Shown piece by piece: positions 28,310-38,050 of a stretch of DNA of 64,000 nucleotides (positions are counted from its first letter, which is position 1; every line of letters begins with the position of its first letter). The stretch spans positions 44,266 through 108,265 of the forward strand of contig CAMWXH010000001.1 of the NCBI GenBank assembly GCA_947178165.1. Direction: 5' to 3'. Both the position numbers and the translations under genes were made by a program. A model generated the notes under the pieces. The model did not search any database, had not been told where the DNA came from, and saw only the letters and a program-made list of their open reading frames with translations. Origin of the DNA: an uncultured Porphyromonadaceae bacterium (GTDB lineage Bacteria; Bacteroidota; Bacteroidia; Bacteroidales; Muribaculaceae).

Positions 28310-30397
28310 TTATTTCAAGATACCTGAATCAATTCTATTCTGTTGTGACGCTTCATCAACGCGTTCAATCTTTTTGCCGAATCCGAATGTATAAGTTAAA
28401 GACAACCGTGCAAAAGCATGGTCATTAATAGAAAAGGATTTCTCGGTTTTATCATAATACTTGCTGTGCATAACCCTTTCCTCGCTGTTCCAATTCCATC
28501 GCGCAAAGTTTGAAAGCTGAAGCTGGACGTTCAACATTGAGTTAGACCATCCAACTTGAAGCATATAAAATGATTTTGTTTTTATCCAGGTTCCGACCAT
28601 ACACCCTTCCGGAGACCCCTGAGGACTATAATATAATCCGGAGAAAGTCCAATCGTTCAGATAGTAATCAGCTTGAAGGCTATATCCTACATGGGTTTTG
28701 TCAAGATTGTAAGGCTCACCATTATGCACAGATGTTGCGTTTAGTTGTGCCGCCAACTGCAACTGCCGATTAAAAAGCAGCAGCGAGCCATATAGGCCGT
28801 AATCCCATTGAGAGTATGCCCCAGATGGTTGGCTGATTGTCCGTATTATTCCTGTTGCACTTGGTTTGTAGTCGTAAACATAGCGATTGTCAACAATCCA
28901 TGCGGTAGCAAAAGCGGAGAAACTTAATATACTGTTAGGTATAAATGAATAATTGAGTCCTGCATCGTAGCTGCCATAAGACCTAAGATCGGGATTTCCG
29001 GTATAGCTCATCAACGGGTTGCTCTGGATTACAACCGCAGAACGAAAATTTGACGAAGGTATTGATTTCATGTGGTGAAATTCTCCACTCAAAATATGAT
29101 GATCGTTTGGAGAATATTGGATTGAGAAGTCAACCCAAGGTGCAGATGAGTTTTCCTTATGATCCATATACTCCTGCCTATCCCAATGATACCCCAAACC
29201 GACCAGCCCATACACTTTTCCTAACGTTATGCTGTACTGCATTCCCGGGCCTACCCGATATGTATGTGCATCATCATGGCTATTAGCTGTGCCTGAATAA
29301 GCGGTATTGTTAGTGGTGATGATTGTTTGGAACATTGCATTCAAGTTGCCGAATTTTCCGAATGAATGCGCGTAGGTCAGATCAGCCTTGAATTGATGTG
29401 AATCATCCTTGGCCGCGTTATGATATTCATTGGTGTTTCCCTCAGAATAGAGGCTGCTTGTATTCGTATGGGAATATGCATATATCGGAGAAAAAATAAT
29501 GCTATTGTTTTCATTTATCACAAAATTCCAATACCCGTTGTATGTAAGTGAATTGACCCGATCTGAAACCTGGTTTGAATAGTCCATGCGACTCGATATT
29601 TCAGGTATAAAGGACACATGGCCAGATTCATTATTGGAAGGCGAGTGATAAAAATCAGCTCCTATGACATTCTGAATAGAGATGTCATCAGAAGCATAGA
29701 CGGCCTTGACGGTAGGCCAGAACGTGCGATTATGCAACTTCCCTTCCTCTTGGATTGAATTTCTCTCAAACGATTTCATAGAGCCATCAGACTGAGGCAA
29801 GCGGAAGGTTTCATAAATGTTACCGCCTGTATGCTTGGTATTAACATAGGATGTGCCCCCGGCAATATCGAAAGTCATCCTCTTGTATTGAAGTTTTCCG
29901 TAAAGGCTTAATTGGCCGGCGTTTGTAGTGGTCTCCCAGCCGTATGCCTTCAAGTAACCGCCATATTCATATTTCTGCATAACAAAATTAATCACATGGG
30001 TTTTACCTTGAAACCGAGGATCAGAAGGAAAGTCGTAATACTCCACCTTTTTCACATCCTGCATACGCATCCCATCCAAATCTTCGTTAGAAGCCGGCAG
30101 GAAATCTATAAAAAGATCAACATTTTTCCCGGCCAAGGTTTTAACATCCTCGTTTGAAGAGATTCTAAGTTGTGGAATTGCCATCCTCTTAAGCAAATCA
30201 ACGGCAGTCTGAGAAGAATTCTTTTGCTTATGAGTAGGGAGATAGGTTGAGACCTCATTACCCAGTTGTTTGTTCCGGGATTCAACTATAATTTCATCAA
30301 GAGAATGCATCTGTATGCTATCCGCGGCCTCTTGAGCATCTGCTCCCAAAATTTGAATTTGACAGATTAATGCAAGGATTATTTTATTGATCTTCAT
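28310..30397 (-). CDS. Outer-membrane beta-barrel family protein (OMP_b-brl_3 / TonB-receptor-like), paralog B
   Basis: 695 aa with a signal peptide and the same plug-like and C-terminal motifs as paralog A (LDEIIVESRN...VKKVEY...DPRFQG...TYTFGFGKK). Confidence 0.7.
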   Translation of the reverse strand: MKINKIILALICQIQILGADAQEAADSIQMHSLDEIIVESRNKQLGNEVSTYLPTHKQKNSSQTAVDLLKRMAIPQLRISSNEDVKTLAGKNVDLFIDFLPASNEDLDGMRMQDVKKVEYYDFPSDPRFQGKTHVINFVMQKYEYGGYLKAYGWETTTNAGQLSLYGKLQYKRMTFDIAGGTSYVNTKHTGGNIYETFRLPQSDGSMKSFERNSIQEEGKLHNRTFWPTVKAVYASDDISIQNVIGADFYHSPSNNESGHVSFIPEISSRMDYSNQVSDRVNSLTYNGYWNFVINENNSIIFSPIYAYSHTNTSSLYSEGNTNEYHNAAKDDSHQFKADLTYAHSFGKFGNLNAMFQTIITTNNTAYSGTANSHDDAHTYRVGPGMQYSITLGKVYGLVGLGYHWDRQEYMDHKENSSAPWVDFSIQYSPNDHHILSGEFHHMKSIPSSNFRSAVVIQSNPLMSYTGNPDLRSYGSYDAGLNYSFIPNSILSFSAFATAWIVDNRYVYDYKPSATGIIRTISQPSGAYSQWDYGLYGSLLLFNRQLQLAAQLNATSVHNGEPYNLDKTHVGYSLQADYYLNDWTFSGLYYSPQGSPEGCMVGTWIKTKSFYMLQVGWSNSMLNVQLQLSNFARWNWNSEERVMHSKYYDKTEKSFSINDHAFARLSLTYTFGFGKKIERVDEASQQNRIDSGILK

Positions 30398-30406
30398 AAC
30401 GCTTGA

Positions 30407-30949
30407 TTAATTCCCGAGTTCTAATTGATTTTTTATTAAATTATAATAATATTCTCTTTTCTTAATAAGTTCTGTATGATTTCCAATTTCTACTACTGTG
30501 CCGTTGTCTAATACTATTATTTGATCAGCGTTTTTAACGGTAGAGAGACGGTGTGCTACTACTACAACGGTACGACCCTCATAGAAATTATCAAGATTCT
30601 CTACGATAACTCTCTCATTTTTTGCATCCAGAGCATTTGTTGCTTCGTCAAGAAAAATATAATTCGGTTCCTTATAGACGGCTCTGGCGATTAAAATACG
30701 TTGTTTCTGACCCTGACTTAATCCAACTCCCTCACTTCCAATTTTAGTCTCATATTTAAGTGGAAGTGTCATAATATAATCATAGATATTTGCAATTTTC
30801 GCAGCTTGCTCAAGTCGCCCCCAATCAATCCTATCGTCAGTTACTGCAATATTACGCGCAATGGATTCAGAAAAGATCACACCATCTTGCATTACTACTC
30901 CACACTGTTGACGCCACCATTTAAGATTATACTCATATTTAAATTTCAA
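30407..30949 (-). pseudogene. 3' fragment of an ABC exporter ATPase, probably of the C39-peptidase bacteriocin-exporter type
   Basis: The 180 aa retain the Q-loop region, the ABC signature LSQGQKQR, Walker B IFLDEATNALD and the H-loop VVAHRLS. Walker A, the TMD and the peptidase domain are all missing. Confidence 0.7.
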
Positions 30950-31319
30950 TTATTCCGGCAAACACCGCATAGTCTGTTAGGATGCGGATCTCATATTCTC
31001 CGGATAGTGAGAATAGAGTTTCGATAAATTCCATCTCATCACTAAAAATCCCCATACAGATTCCATTGGCAGTGTAGATTTCAAAAGAAATAATGTCGTT
31101 GTTATCCACACCTGGTATTTCGATACCATAAGTACTGATTATTGCTCTCAATGTCTTTTGTGGTAATCTGTTGTGTTTTGGGTGTGTGGAAATCTTATTT
31201 TCGGGAGATGAATCGACCTTGAAAATTGGGATAGTTTTATAAGTGTCTATAATTGCATATACACTTGATGTATATAAAAGTAGTGTTGTAGCTGCTAAAA
31301 TTCGAATTGGATATTTCAT
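30939..31319 (-). CDS. Small secreted protein, possibly DUF3244-like
   Basis: Signal peptide, 126 aa, and a C-terminal GEYEIRILTDYAVFAGIIEI beta-sandwich-like pattern. The family call is from memory only. Confidence 0.4.
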   Translation of the reverse strand: MKYPIRILAATTLLLYTSSVYAIIDTYKTIPIFKVDSSPENKISTHPKHNRLPQKTLRAIISTYGIEIPGVDNNDIISFEIYTANGICMGIFSDEMEFIETLFSLSGEYEIRILTDYAVFAGIIEI

Positions 31320-31419
31320 TTTAGTTAATTATAGGTTATTGTTTTTTGACGTTAATGGTTGTCAAGCCAGTTAACAAATTTGTTGCAAAGTTAAGTATGA
31401 TTAGTGGATGGAGTGCAAA

Positions 31420-31474
31420 ATAAGAGTTCAGTTTTTGTTCGAAACTTGTTTTCGAACAAAAACTGAACTCTTAT
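31420..31474 (-). terminator. 25-bp perfect stem / 5-nt loop hairpin after the TPR-HTH regulator gene
   Basis: ataagagttcagtttttgttcgaaa (31420-31444) is the exact reverse complement of 31450-31474. On the minus strand it is followed by TTTTG. Confidence 0.7.
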
Positions 31475-31491
31475 AAACATCTATAACTATA

Positions 31492-33306
31492 TCATAGTAA
31501 GTGAATTATAAAGTCTATTGTTTTTGTCTCCATTTTCTCACCAAACATTGCCAAGCAGAGTTTCTCACGCCTGTAACTTATCGTGCTTTTTCCTCTCCCA
31601 ATTAGAATTGACAGCTGGGTTGGATTCATTCCACATTTGATCAAGAGTGCCATCTGATAATCTGCGGTCTTGAGGTGCCCTCTTGTCATAAGCAATAGAT
31701 GTTGTTTAAATTGAGGGGAACTAACTAAAACATCATTCTCGATCCTTTTCCATAATGTACTATCTTGTCCAATTACCTTGTTACATTGCAATTTCTCTTG
31801 TATTTCATTGTAGGAATCTGAATTCAATATGGATAATGGGATATGGTATGGATCTGAATTACTTTTTCTTAACTCGTTTAATTCCTTTTGTAAGTTTTTT
31901 CTTAATTCTTCTGTCTCATCGCAGATTTTAGATAAATCGTTTATCTCATTACAATTTGTTTTCTTTTGTTGCTCGACTTTAAGATTTGTATTGTCTCCGT
32001 CGTTTAAATTGATTTTTCCAGGATTATTTTCCTTAATAATCTTCTTTAGATTCTCTATATTTTCAAGAGCTTTGTGCAATTGAAGTAAATTTTTCTTATT
32101 TCTGTTTTTTTGATAGAATATTAAAATTATGACAACAAGAAGAATAATTAGAACCTGTGCAATTGTTCTTTGGAGCTTGATGCTTTTCTCCTCTGCTTCT
32201 TTACGCTTTCTTTCATGTAATGTATAATTGTATGATGCGTTTTGAGTTAAGGCGGCTTGATTTTGATTTCGATCAAAATATTTATCTAATAAATTCTTGT
32301 AATCCGAAAAATATACAGACAACGAATCAGGGTCAATGTAGGATATTAGATATGGGGAAAGCATCATCTCGTATCCATATTCACGATTATAAAAATCTTT
32401 TCTTGTTGCTATCTCTTTTGCATAATAAAATGCAGTATCTTTTATACCAGCTTTTAAATAGATATTTATGGCATAGCTTTTTGCGGTGGGCCAGTTTATG
32501 GAATCTCCTTTTGAAATAGCCAACCTAATCTGTTCCATAGCCTTATTATTTAATCCTTTTAAATAATAAATGAAGGCTATATAGTCAGTATTGTCATATA
32601 AATTCTCAGGCGATATTTTTTGAGCTATCGATTGACTTTTTTTAAAATATTTAAATGCTATATTGTAGGCTTTGATATGCATATAGGTCGTTCCGAGATC
32701 AGAGTAATTATACATAAGGCTGAGTGAATCTTTCAAACCCTCTTGGATTTTAATTGCTTCTAAAAATGATTGGAGAGCCTCATTGTATAACCTAATGTTA
32801 ATATTGGAAAGTATTTGTCCTCTTTGACTTAGAATTCTTGCCCTTACTTGGAGATTATTATTAGGTAGTTTCTCCAACGCTTCATGGAAATATTGTAATG
32901 CTGTAGGGTAATCCCCAATATCGCTGTAAACGCGACCGCCATAATAGAGCACTTCAGGATACAGGCCGGTATTATGATCCTTGAAATAGTCCTTTATTTT
33001 CAGGTATGCTGTGTCGTTGGTGTGAGTGATGTACGCCTTGTCTGCCGCCTTGATCGTCAGGAAAGCGAGCAGATTGCGTTCTCCATCATTTAGGCTGTCA
33101 GCATTTATATCCGAAAGTTTATTGTATATCTCAGATGCCTTAGCTTCTGTCAATGACAGATCGTCAAGGTTCGCCTGTATCTCTTTAAGAGTGTTGTTCC
33201 GTATGCTGTGGTTACACCCACATAGCCATGATAACATCAGTAGCATAATTAATGCCAGCGGTTTCCCCATTAAATTTATCCTTAATCCTCTTATAATTTG
33301 CGCCAT
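31492..33306 (-). CDS. Membrane-anchored TPR-repeat protein with a C-terminal LuxR/GerE-like HTH
   Basis: N-terminal signal/lipobox-like LCGC, TPR-like repeats, a central TM (IAQVLIILLVVIILIFY), a coiled-coil region, and the C-terminal HTH PTQLSILIGRGKSTISYRREKL. Confidence 0.65.
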   Translation of the reverse strand: MAQIIRGLRINLMGKPLALIMLLMLSWLCGCNHSIRNNTLKEIQANLDDLSLTEAKASEIYNKLSDINADSLNDGERNLLAFLTIKAADKAYITHTNDTAYLKIKDYFKDHNTGLYPEVLYYGGRVYSDIGDYPTALQYFHEALEKLPNNNLQVRARILSQRGQILSNINIRLYNEALQSFLEAIKIQEGLKDSLSLMYNYSDLGTTYMHIKAYNIAFKYFKKSQSIAQKISPENLYDNTDYIAFIYYLKGLNNKAMEQIRLAISKGDSINWPTAKSYAINIYLKAGIKDTAFYYAKEIATRKDFYNREYGYEMMLSPYLISYIDPDSLSVYFSDYKNLLDKYFDRNQNQAALTQNASYNYTLHERKRKEAEEKSIKLQRTIAQVLIILLVVIILIFYQKNRNKKNLLQLHKALENIENLKKIIKENNPGKINLNDGDNTNLKVEQQKKTNCNEINDLSKICDETEELRKNLQKELNELRKSNSDPYHIPLSILNSDSYNEIQEKLQCNKVIGQDSTLWKRIENDVLVSSPQFKQHLLLMTRGHLKTADYQMALLIKCGMNPTQLSILIGRGKSTISYRREKLCLAMFGEKMETKTIDFIIHLL

Positions 33307-33314
33307 TTCAATAC

Positions 33315-33340
33315 CAGATGCAACATTTTGCGCAAAGATA
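33315..33340 (-). promoter_or_regulatory. -7 box TAtcTTTG plus the conserved 23-bp block, serving as promoter of the TPR-HTH regulator gene
   Basis: caaagata at 33333-33340 lies 27 nt upstream of the ATG at 33306. The block is identical to 26326-26348. Confidence 0.6.
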
Positions 33341-33506
33341 ATAAATTTAATTGAAACAGAGATTTTATTTTCATATTATTCAGAGGCTATGATGTATGGT
33401 CATAAGAAGATAAGCCCCATTTTCTAAATTTCTGATATTTCAATTTTGAAGATATATTTGGAACTTATCCATTTATTGTGTATTTTAGCGCATAAAATAT
33501 GTCCTG

Positions 33507-34523
33507 ATGAAAATCACCTCTGAATTTCTTAATTTACAGACCGACTTCGGTTTCAAACATCTTTTTGGAGACGAAAGGAACAAGAATATCCTTATGCGTT
33601 TCCTAACTGCCCTGTTGGGCGATAAGATTCATATTAAGGATGTCTCGTTTAAGAATAAGGAAATCCTTCCCCCGAACTCTGATGGAAAAAGAATCATATA
33701 TGATGTCTATTGCACATCCGGGGTCTCAGGCGAAGACTCCGGATTTTTGGAAAGGCCTTTATTGTATGGGGATAAAAGCCGAGCAAGGGATCACCATTTT
33801 ATACTTGAGATGCAGAATCTATACACCCCACCCTTTGAGGAGAGGATGTTTTATTATGCGGCCAAAATGGTGAGCGATCAAGGCAAGGCAGGATGGAACT
33901 ATGACCTGGAACCGGTTATCACCATAGCTGTGACTGATTTCAATTTCCGAAACATGAGTGATAAAATGGTAAGGGATATAATGCTCCTTGACCGTGACAC
34001 TTCGGAAGTGTTGACGGAGAAGTTTCATCTGTTTTTTGTATCGCTTAAGGAAGTCCCTAAATTATGGGAGGAATGTAAAACAGATTTGGAGGAGATATTG
34101 TTTCTATTAAAGAACATGGACAAGATGGATAATAACTCAATTGCCTACAAGGAGGGTAGATATAAGGATATGTTTGAAGCGTCACGTATAAATTCATTAA
34201 AGGAAGAGGATTATATCCGTTACAGTGATTCATTGGAAAAACTCCGAGAGACTCAGGCAGGGATAAAGTATGAGGCCATGATGGCCAGTCGAGAGGCCCG
34301 CGCAAAAGCCTTGGAAGAAGGTCTCGCAGAAGGCCGAGCTAAGGGTTTGGCAGAAGGACGCGCAGAAGGACGTGCAGAAGGCCGTGCCGAAGGTAAGGCT
34401 CAGGGGGAAAGAGAAGAAAAGATAAAGACAGCAAAAATAATGTGGAGCATGGGGCTTCCTAAAGATACCATCCGGGCGGTTACGCGCCTTTCTGACGACG
34501 AGTTAGACGAAATGCTGAAATAG
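33507..34523 (+). CDS. Rpn-family (PDDEXK_2) recombination-promoting nuclease-like protein, second copy
   Basis: N-terminus DFGFKHLFG, a PD-(D/E)XK-like core (IYDVYC...ILEMQ), and a C-terminal LAEGRAKGLAEGRAEGRAEGRAEGKAQGE tract. Confidence 0.7.
   Translation: MKITSEFLNLQTDFGFKHLFGDERNKNILMRFLTALLGDKIHIKDVSFKNKEILPPNSDGKRIIYDVYCTSGVSGEDSGFLERPLLYGDKSRARDHHFILEMQNLYTPPFEERMFYYAAKMVSDQGKAGWNYDLEPVITIAVTDFNFRNMSDKMVRDIMLLDRDTSEVLTEKFHLFFVSLKEVPKLWEECKTDLEEILFLLKNMDKMDNNSIAYKEGRYKDMFEASRINSLKEEDYIRYSDSLEKLRETQAGIKYEAMMASREARAKALEEGLAEGRAKGLAEGRAEGRAEGRAEGKAQGEREEKIKTAKIMWSMGLPKDTIRAVTRLSDDELDEMLK
34318..34400. repeat. 12-bp in-frame coding repeat encoding (AEGR)n, second locus
   Basis: Read directly as gcagaaggccga gctaagggtttg gcagaaggacgc gcagaaggacgt gcagaaggccgt gccgaaggtaag. 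Confidence 0.85.
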
Positions 34524-34598
34524 GCTTTTCTTAGAAAATATTATTGCGTTTAGAAAATTAAGATTTTGAATAAATCTTATAATGTTTGGGAAATATTT

Positions 34599-34634
34599 AT
34601 AAAGGATGTCAGGTTCATGCCTGTCATCCTTTAT
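34599..34634 (+). terminator. Hairpin terminator after the Rpn-like gene
   Basis: ataaaggatgtcagg / cctgtcatcctttat form a 15-bp stem with one mismatch and loop ttcatg, followed by a T-rich stretch. Confidence 0.55.
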
Positions 34635-34898
34635 TTCAACTATTATGAAAGTAGTTTTTGATTGCCTATTCTGTTAAATTCGTGTATAACGGAGTTATTA
34701 TTTTTAAATATTCGATTCTTACCCCCTTAAATTAATGTTAGATTTAATACATTGATTTGTAAACCAGCATTTTATATACTTTATTTACAACTCCTCCTTT
34801 TTAGATTAAATAGAATGATGAAGTATGACATTTTTTTATTATTTTTGTGTTCGCTTCATTTAAGTACACAATAATGCAAGATATTGCAGAATTTGATT

Positions 34899-35411
34899 AT
34901 GATAGAATTTTTTGCTGAAAATGTGGCTATGCCGCAGCTCGATTTCAAGAAAATTGAAAAATGGATTGAAGAGGTGAGTGCCCGTCATAATTATATTGTC
35001 GGTAATCTCACATATTGCTTTTGTGATGATCCATACATTCTGGATACGAACAGGAAATTTCTTAATCACGACTACTACACCGATATCATCACTTTTGATT
35101 ACACAAGAAAATTTGATGATGAAGAAATAATTTCAGATGATAAAATTTTATTAATTGAAGAAGGTCATAAAGAGGCTCTCCATGCTAAGGATGCAAGCCT
35201 CTGTAAAGTAAAAGGGAGGATAAGCGGTGACATGGTCATTTCGCTTGATACCGTCCGTACTAATGCAGAGGCCTTAGGCGTTGGCTATACAAAGGAATTA
35301 TTGCGAGTAATCATACATGGGGTGCTTCACCTTTGTGGCATTAACGATAAAGGTCCGGGAGAGCGTGAGATAATGGAAGCGGAGGAGAATAAGGCTCTTC
35401 TGTTATTATGA
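34899..35411 (+). CDS. ybeY: rRNA maturation endoribonuclease YbeY with an internal insertion
   Basis: Zinc motif HGVLHLCGINDKGPGE. The track start at 34884 is a TTG, so I used the ATG at 34899. A TAttTTTG box lies at 34840-34847. Confidence 0.85.
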   Translation: MIEFFAENVAMPQLDFKKIEKWIEEVSARHNYIVGNLTYCFCDDPYILDTNRKFLNHDYYTDIITFDYTRKFDDEEIISDDKILLIEEGHKEALHAKDASLCKVKGRISGDMVISLDTVRTNAEALGVGYTKELLRVIIHGVLHLCGINDKGPGEREIMEAEENKALLLL

Positions 35412-35479
35412 GTTATTGCATAATGGAAAAGAACGAACTGCAGTATTAAGCTATTGCAGAAAGAACAGAATAATAATCG

Positions 35480-37378
35480 ATGAAATTTGAATTTGATGTA
35501 ATAGTGATAGGAGGGGGGCATGCCGGATGTGAGGCTGCTGTGGCGGCAGCGCGACTTGACTGTTCCACACTTCTTATCACGAAAGATATGAACCGTGTTG
35601 CCCAGATGTCATGCAATCCTGCTGTGGGAGGCATTGCAAAAGGACAGATTGTGCGTGAAATAGATGCTCTTGGTGGCCAGATGGGTATCGTGGCTGATAC
35701 TACGGCCATACAATTCAGGATGCTTAACCGCTCTAAAGGGCCTGCCGTGTGGTCTCCTCGCGTACAATCCGACCGTGCAAAATATATAGATAAATGGCGT
35801 GAGATACTTGATGCCACTCCCAATCTTTCCATATTTCAGGATACGGTTGTCAGGCTCGAATTTGCGGTGGGCGAGGATAAGAAATATGAAATTGCAGGAG
35901 TGGAGACCGCGCTGGGATTTCATTTCAAAGCCAAGCAAGTGGTATTGACGGCAGGCACGTTCCTTAATGGTTTGATGCATTTTGGACGCACCCAAATTGA
36001 AGGGGGGAGAATCTCGGAAGATTCCTCAAAAGGTCTTTCCGACCAATTAAAGGAAATGGGTTTTGAGGTTGGAAGAATGAAGACCGGCACACCCGCCAGA
36101 ATTGACGGACGAACCATAGACTTCTCCCAAGCTCAGATTCAAGAGGGCGACGACACTCCCGAGTATAAGTTTTCCTTCCTTCCCAATATTCATAGAACAT
36201 TGCGTCAGCGTCCTTGCTGGATAGTGCATACTAATCCCGAGGTTCATAAAGTCCTTAATGACAACCTTGCTGATTCACCACTCTATAATGGGCAGATTCA
36301 AAGCATCGGCCCGAGGTACTGTCCAAGCATTGAAACAAAGATTGTGACCTTTGCAGATAAGGATAGTCATCAGCTTTTCCTCGAGCCTGAGGGGGAGACA
36401 ACAGAGGAATATTACATCAATGGCTTCTCGAGTTCCTTGCCATGGAAAGTACAGGTAGATGCCTTGTCGAAGGTTCCGGCGTTGCGTGATGTCCAATTCT
36501 ATCGTCCGGGATATGCTATAGAGTACGACTATTTTATTCCCACGCAGTTGACTCACGATCTTCAGACCAAGCTTGTTAAAGGACTCTATTTTGCCGGCCA
36601 GGTCAATGGAACTACCGGATATGAAGAGGCGGCCGCACAAGGGCTTATGGCCGGTGTCAATGCCGCACGCAGAAGCAAAGGTCTGTCGCCGGTGGTGCTT
36701 AAAAGGAATGAGGCATATATTGGTGTCCTGATAGATGATCTTGTGACAAAAGGTGTAGATGAACCTTATCGCATGTTCACTTCCCGGGCTGAATATCGTA
36801 TTCTCCTGCGTCAGGATGATGCTGATATGCGATTGACACCAATCGGCTATGCTATTGGACTGGCTACTATTCAGCGTCTGGAAGCAATGCGAAGCAAGAA
36901 ACGCCAGCGAGATGAACTGATCGATTTTTGTAAAGAATTTCTTGTAAAATCGACTGAAAAAATCAATAGGAAATTTGAAGAATTGAATACTGCGCCTTTG
37001 ACGGCTTCGGTCAGATTGATTGAATTGCTTAAGCGTCCTCAGTTGAATTTTGAGATTCTGAAAGATCTTATTCCCCGATTATCTTCACGAATTGATGACA
37101 TAGAGGAGACCAGGCGAAAAGAGATTGTTGAGGCTGCGGAGATATTGATAAAATATCAGGGCTATATTGATAGGGAACGTGATTTGGCAGAAAAGCAGAT
37201 GAGGTTGGAGTATGTGAAGATTCCTCATGAATTTGATTATTCAGCCATCCAGGCCTTGTCAACTGAAGCTCGTCAGAAGCTTGATAGGATACGTCCGGCA
37301 ACGATTGGCCAAGCATCAAGAATACCCGGTGTTTCTCCTTCTGATATAAATGTTCTGCTTCTCCTTCTTAATAGATAA
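35480..37378 (+). CDS. mnmG: tRNA uridine 5-carboxymethylaminomethyl modification enzyme
   Basis: FAD motif DVIVIGGGHAGCEAA. 632 aa with typical GidA sequence throughout. Confidence 0.95.
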   Translation: MKFEFDVIVIGGGHAGCEAAVAAARLDCSTLLITKDMNRVAQMSCNPAVGGIAKGQIVREIDALGGQMGIVADTTAIQFRMLNRSKGPAVWSPRVQSDRAKYIDKWREILDATPNLSIFQDTVVRLEFAVGEDKKYEIAGVETALGFHFKAKQVVLTAGTFLNGLMHFGRTQIEGGRISEDSSKGLSDQLKEMGFEVGRMKTGTPARIDGRTIDFSQAQIQEGDDTPEYKFSFLPNIHRTLRQRPCWIVHTNPEVHKVLNDNLADSPLYNGQIQSIGPRYCPSIETKIVTFADKDSHQLFLEPEGETTEEYYINGFSSSLPWKVQVDALSKVPALRDVQFYRPGYAIEYDYFIPTQLTHDLQTKLVKGLYFAGQVNGTTGYEEAAAQGLMAGVNAARRSKGLSPVVLKRNEAYIGVLIDDLVTKGVDEPYRMFTSRAEYRILLRQDDADMRLTPIGYAIGLATIQRLEAMRSKKRQRDELIDFCKEFLVKSTEKINRKFEELNTAPLTASVRLIELLKRPQLNFEILKDLIPRLSSRIDDIEETRRKEIVEAAEILIKYQGYIDRERDLAEKQMRLEYVKIPHEFDYSAIQALSTEARQKLDRIRPATIGQASRIPGVSPSDINVLLLLLNR

Positions 37379-37515
37379 GGATTCATAGAATGTTATATTG
37401 AGGAATGAAAAGTTAAAGTGGTTTTTATGTTCCACGTGGAACAATTGAAGCCTAACTTATTGCTTATAGAACAATTAAGCCCTAAATATGAAAGTAAAGT
37501 TTAAATATAATAATT

Positions 37516-38040
37516 ATGACAATTGAAGAATTGAAAGAATCAATCAGGTGCGTGCCTGATTTCCCGTCAAAGGGAATTATGTTCAGAGACCTCACCACAT
37601 TGATCAAGAACGGTGAGGCTCTAAAAGATATGGGCGTTCTCCTTGCTGACCTTTACAAGGGGAAGGACGTCACTAAGGTTGTTGGAATAGAATCGCGCGG
37701 TTTTATCGGAGGCTCGATAATGGCATACGAGCTTGGATGCGGATTCGTGCCGGCTCGTAAGCCGGGCAAACTTCCTGCCGTGACAATAAAGAAAGCATAC
37801 GCCAAAGAGTATGGGGTTGACACAATAGAGCTTCATAGCGATGCGATTTCATCGGATGATGTCGTGGTTCTCCATGATGACCTTCTTGCTACAGGCGGAA
37901 CAATGCGTGCATGCTACGACTTGGTAAAATCGATGAATCCGAAGAAAATTTATATTAATTTCATAGTAGAGCTCGAAGGATTGAATGGCCGGGCGGCGCT
38001 CCCCGAGGATTGTGAAGTTACCTCCCTTTTGAAGTTTTAA
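37516..38040 (+). CDS. apt: Adenine phosphoribosyltransferase
   Basis: 174 aa with DFPSKGIMFRD and the PRPP motif VVLHDDLLATGGT. Confidence 0.9.
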   Translation: MTIEELKESIRCVPDFPSKGIMFRDLTTLIKNGEALKDMGVLLADLYKGKDVTKVVGIESRGFIGGSIMAYELGCGFVPARKPGKLPAVTIKKAYAKEYGVDTIELHSDAISSDDVVVLHDDLLATGGTMRACYDLVKSMNPKKIYINFIVELEGLNGRAALPEDCEVTSLLKF

Positions 38041-38050
38041 GAATTGGAAG

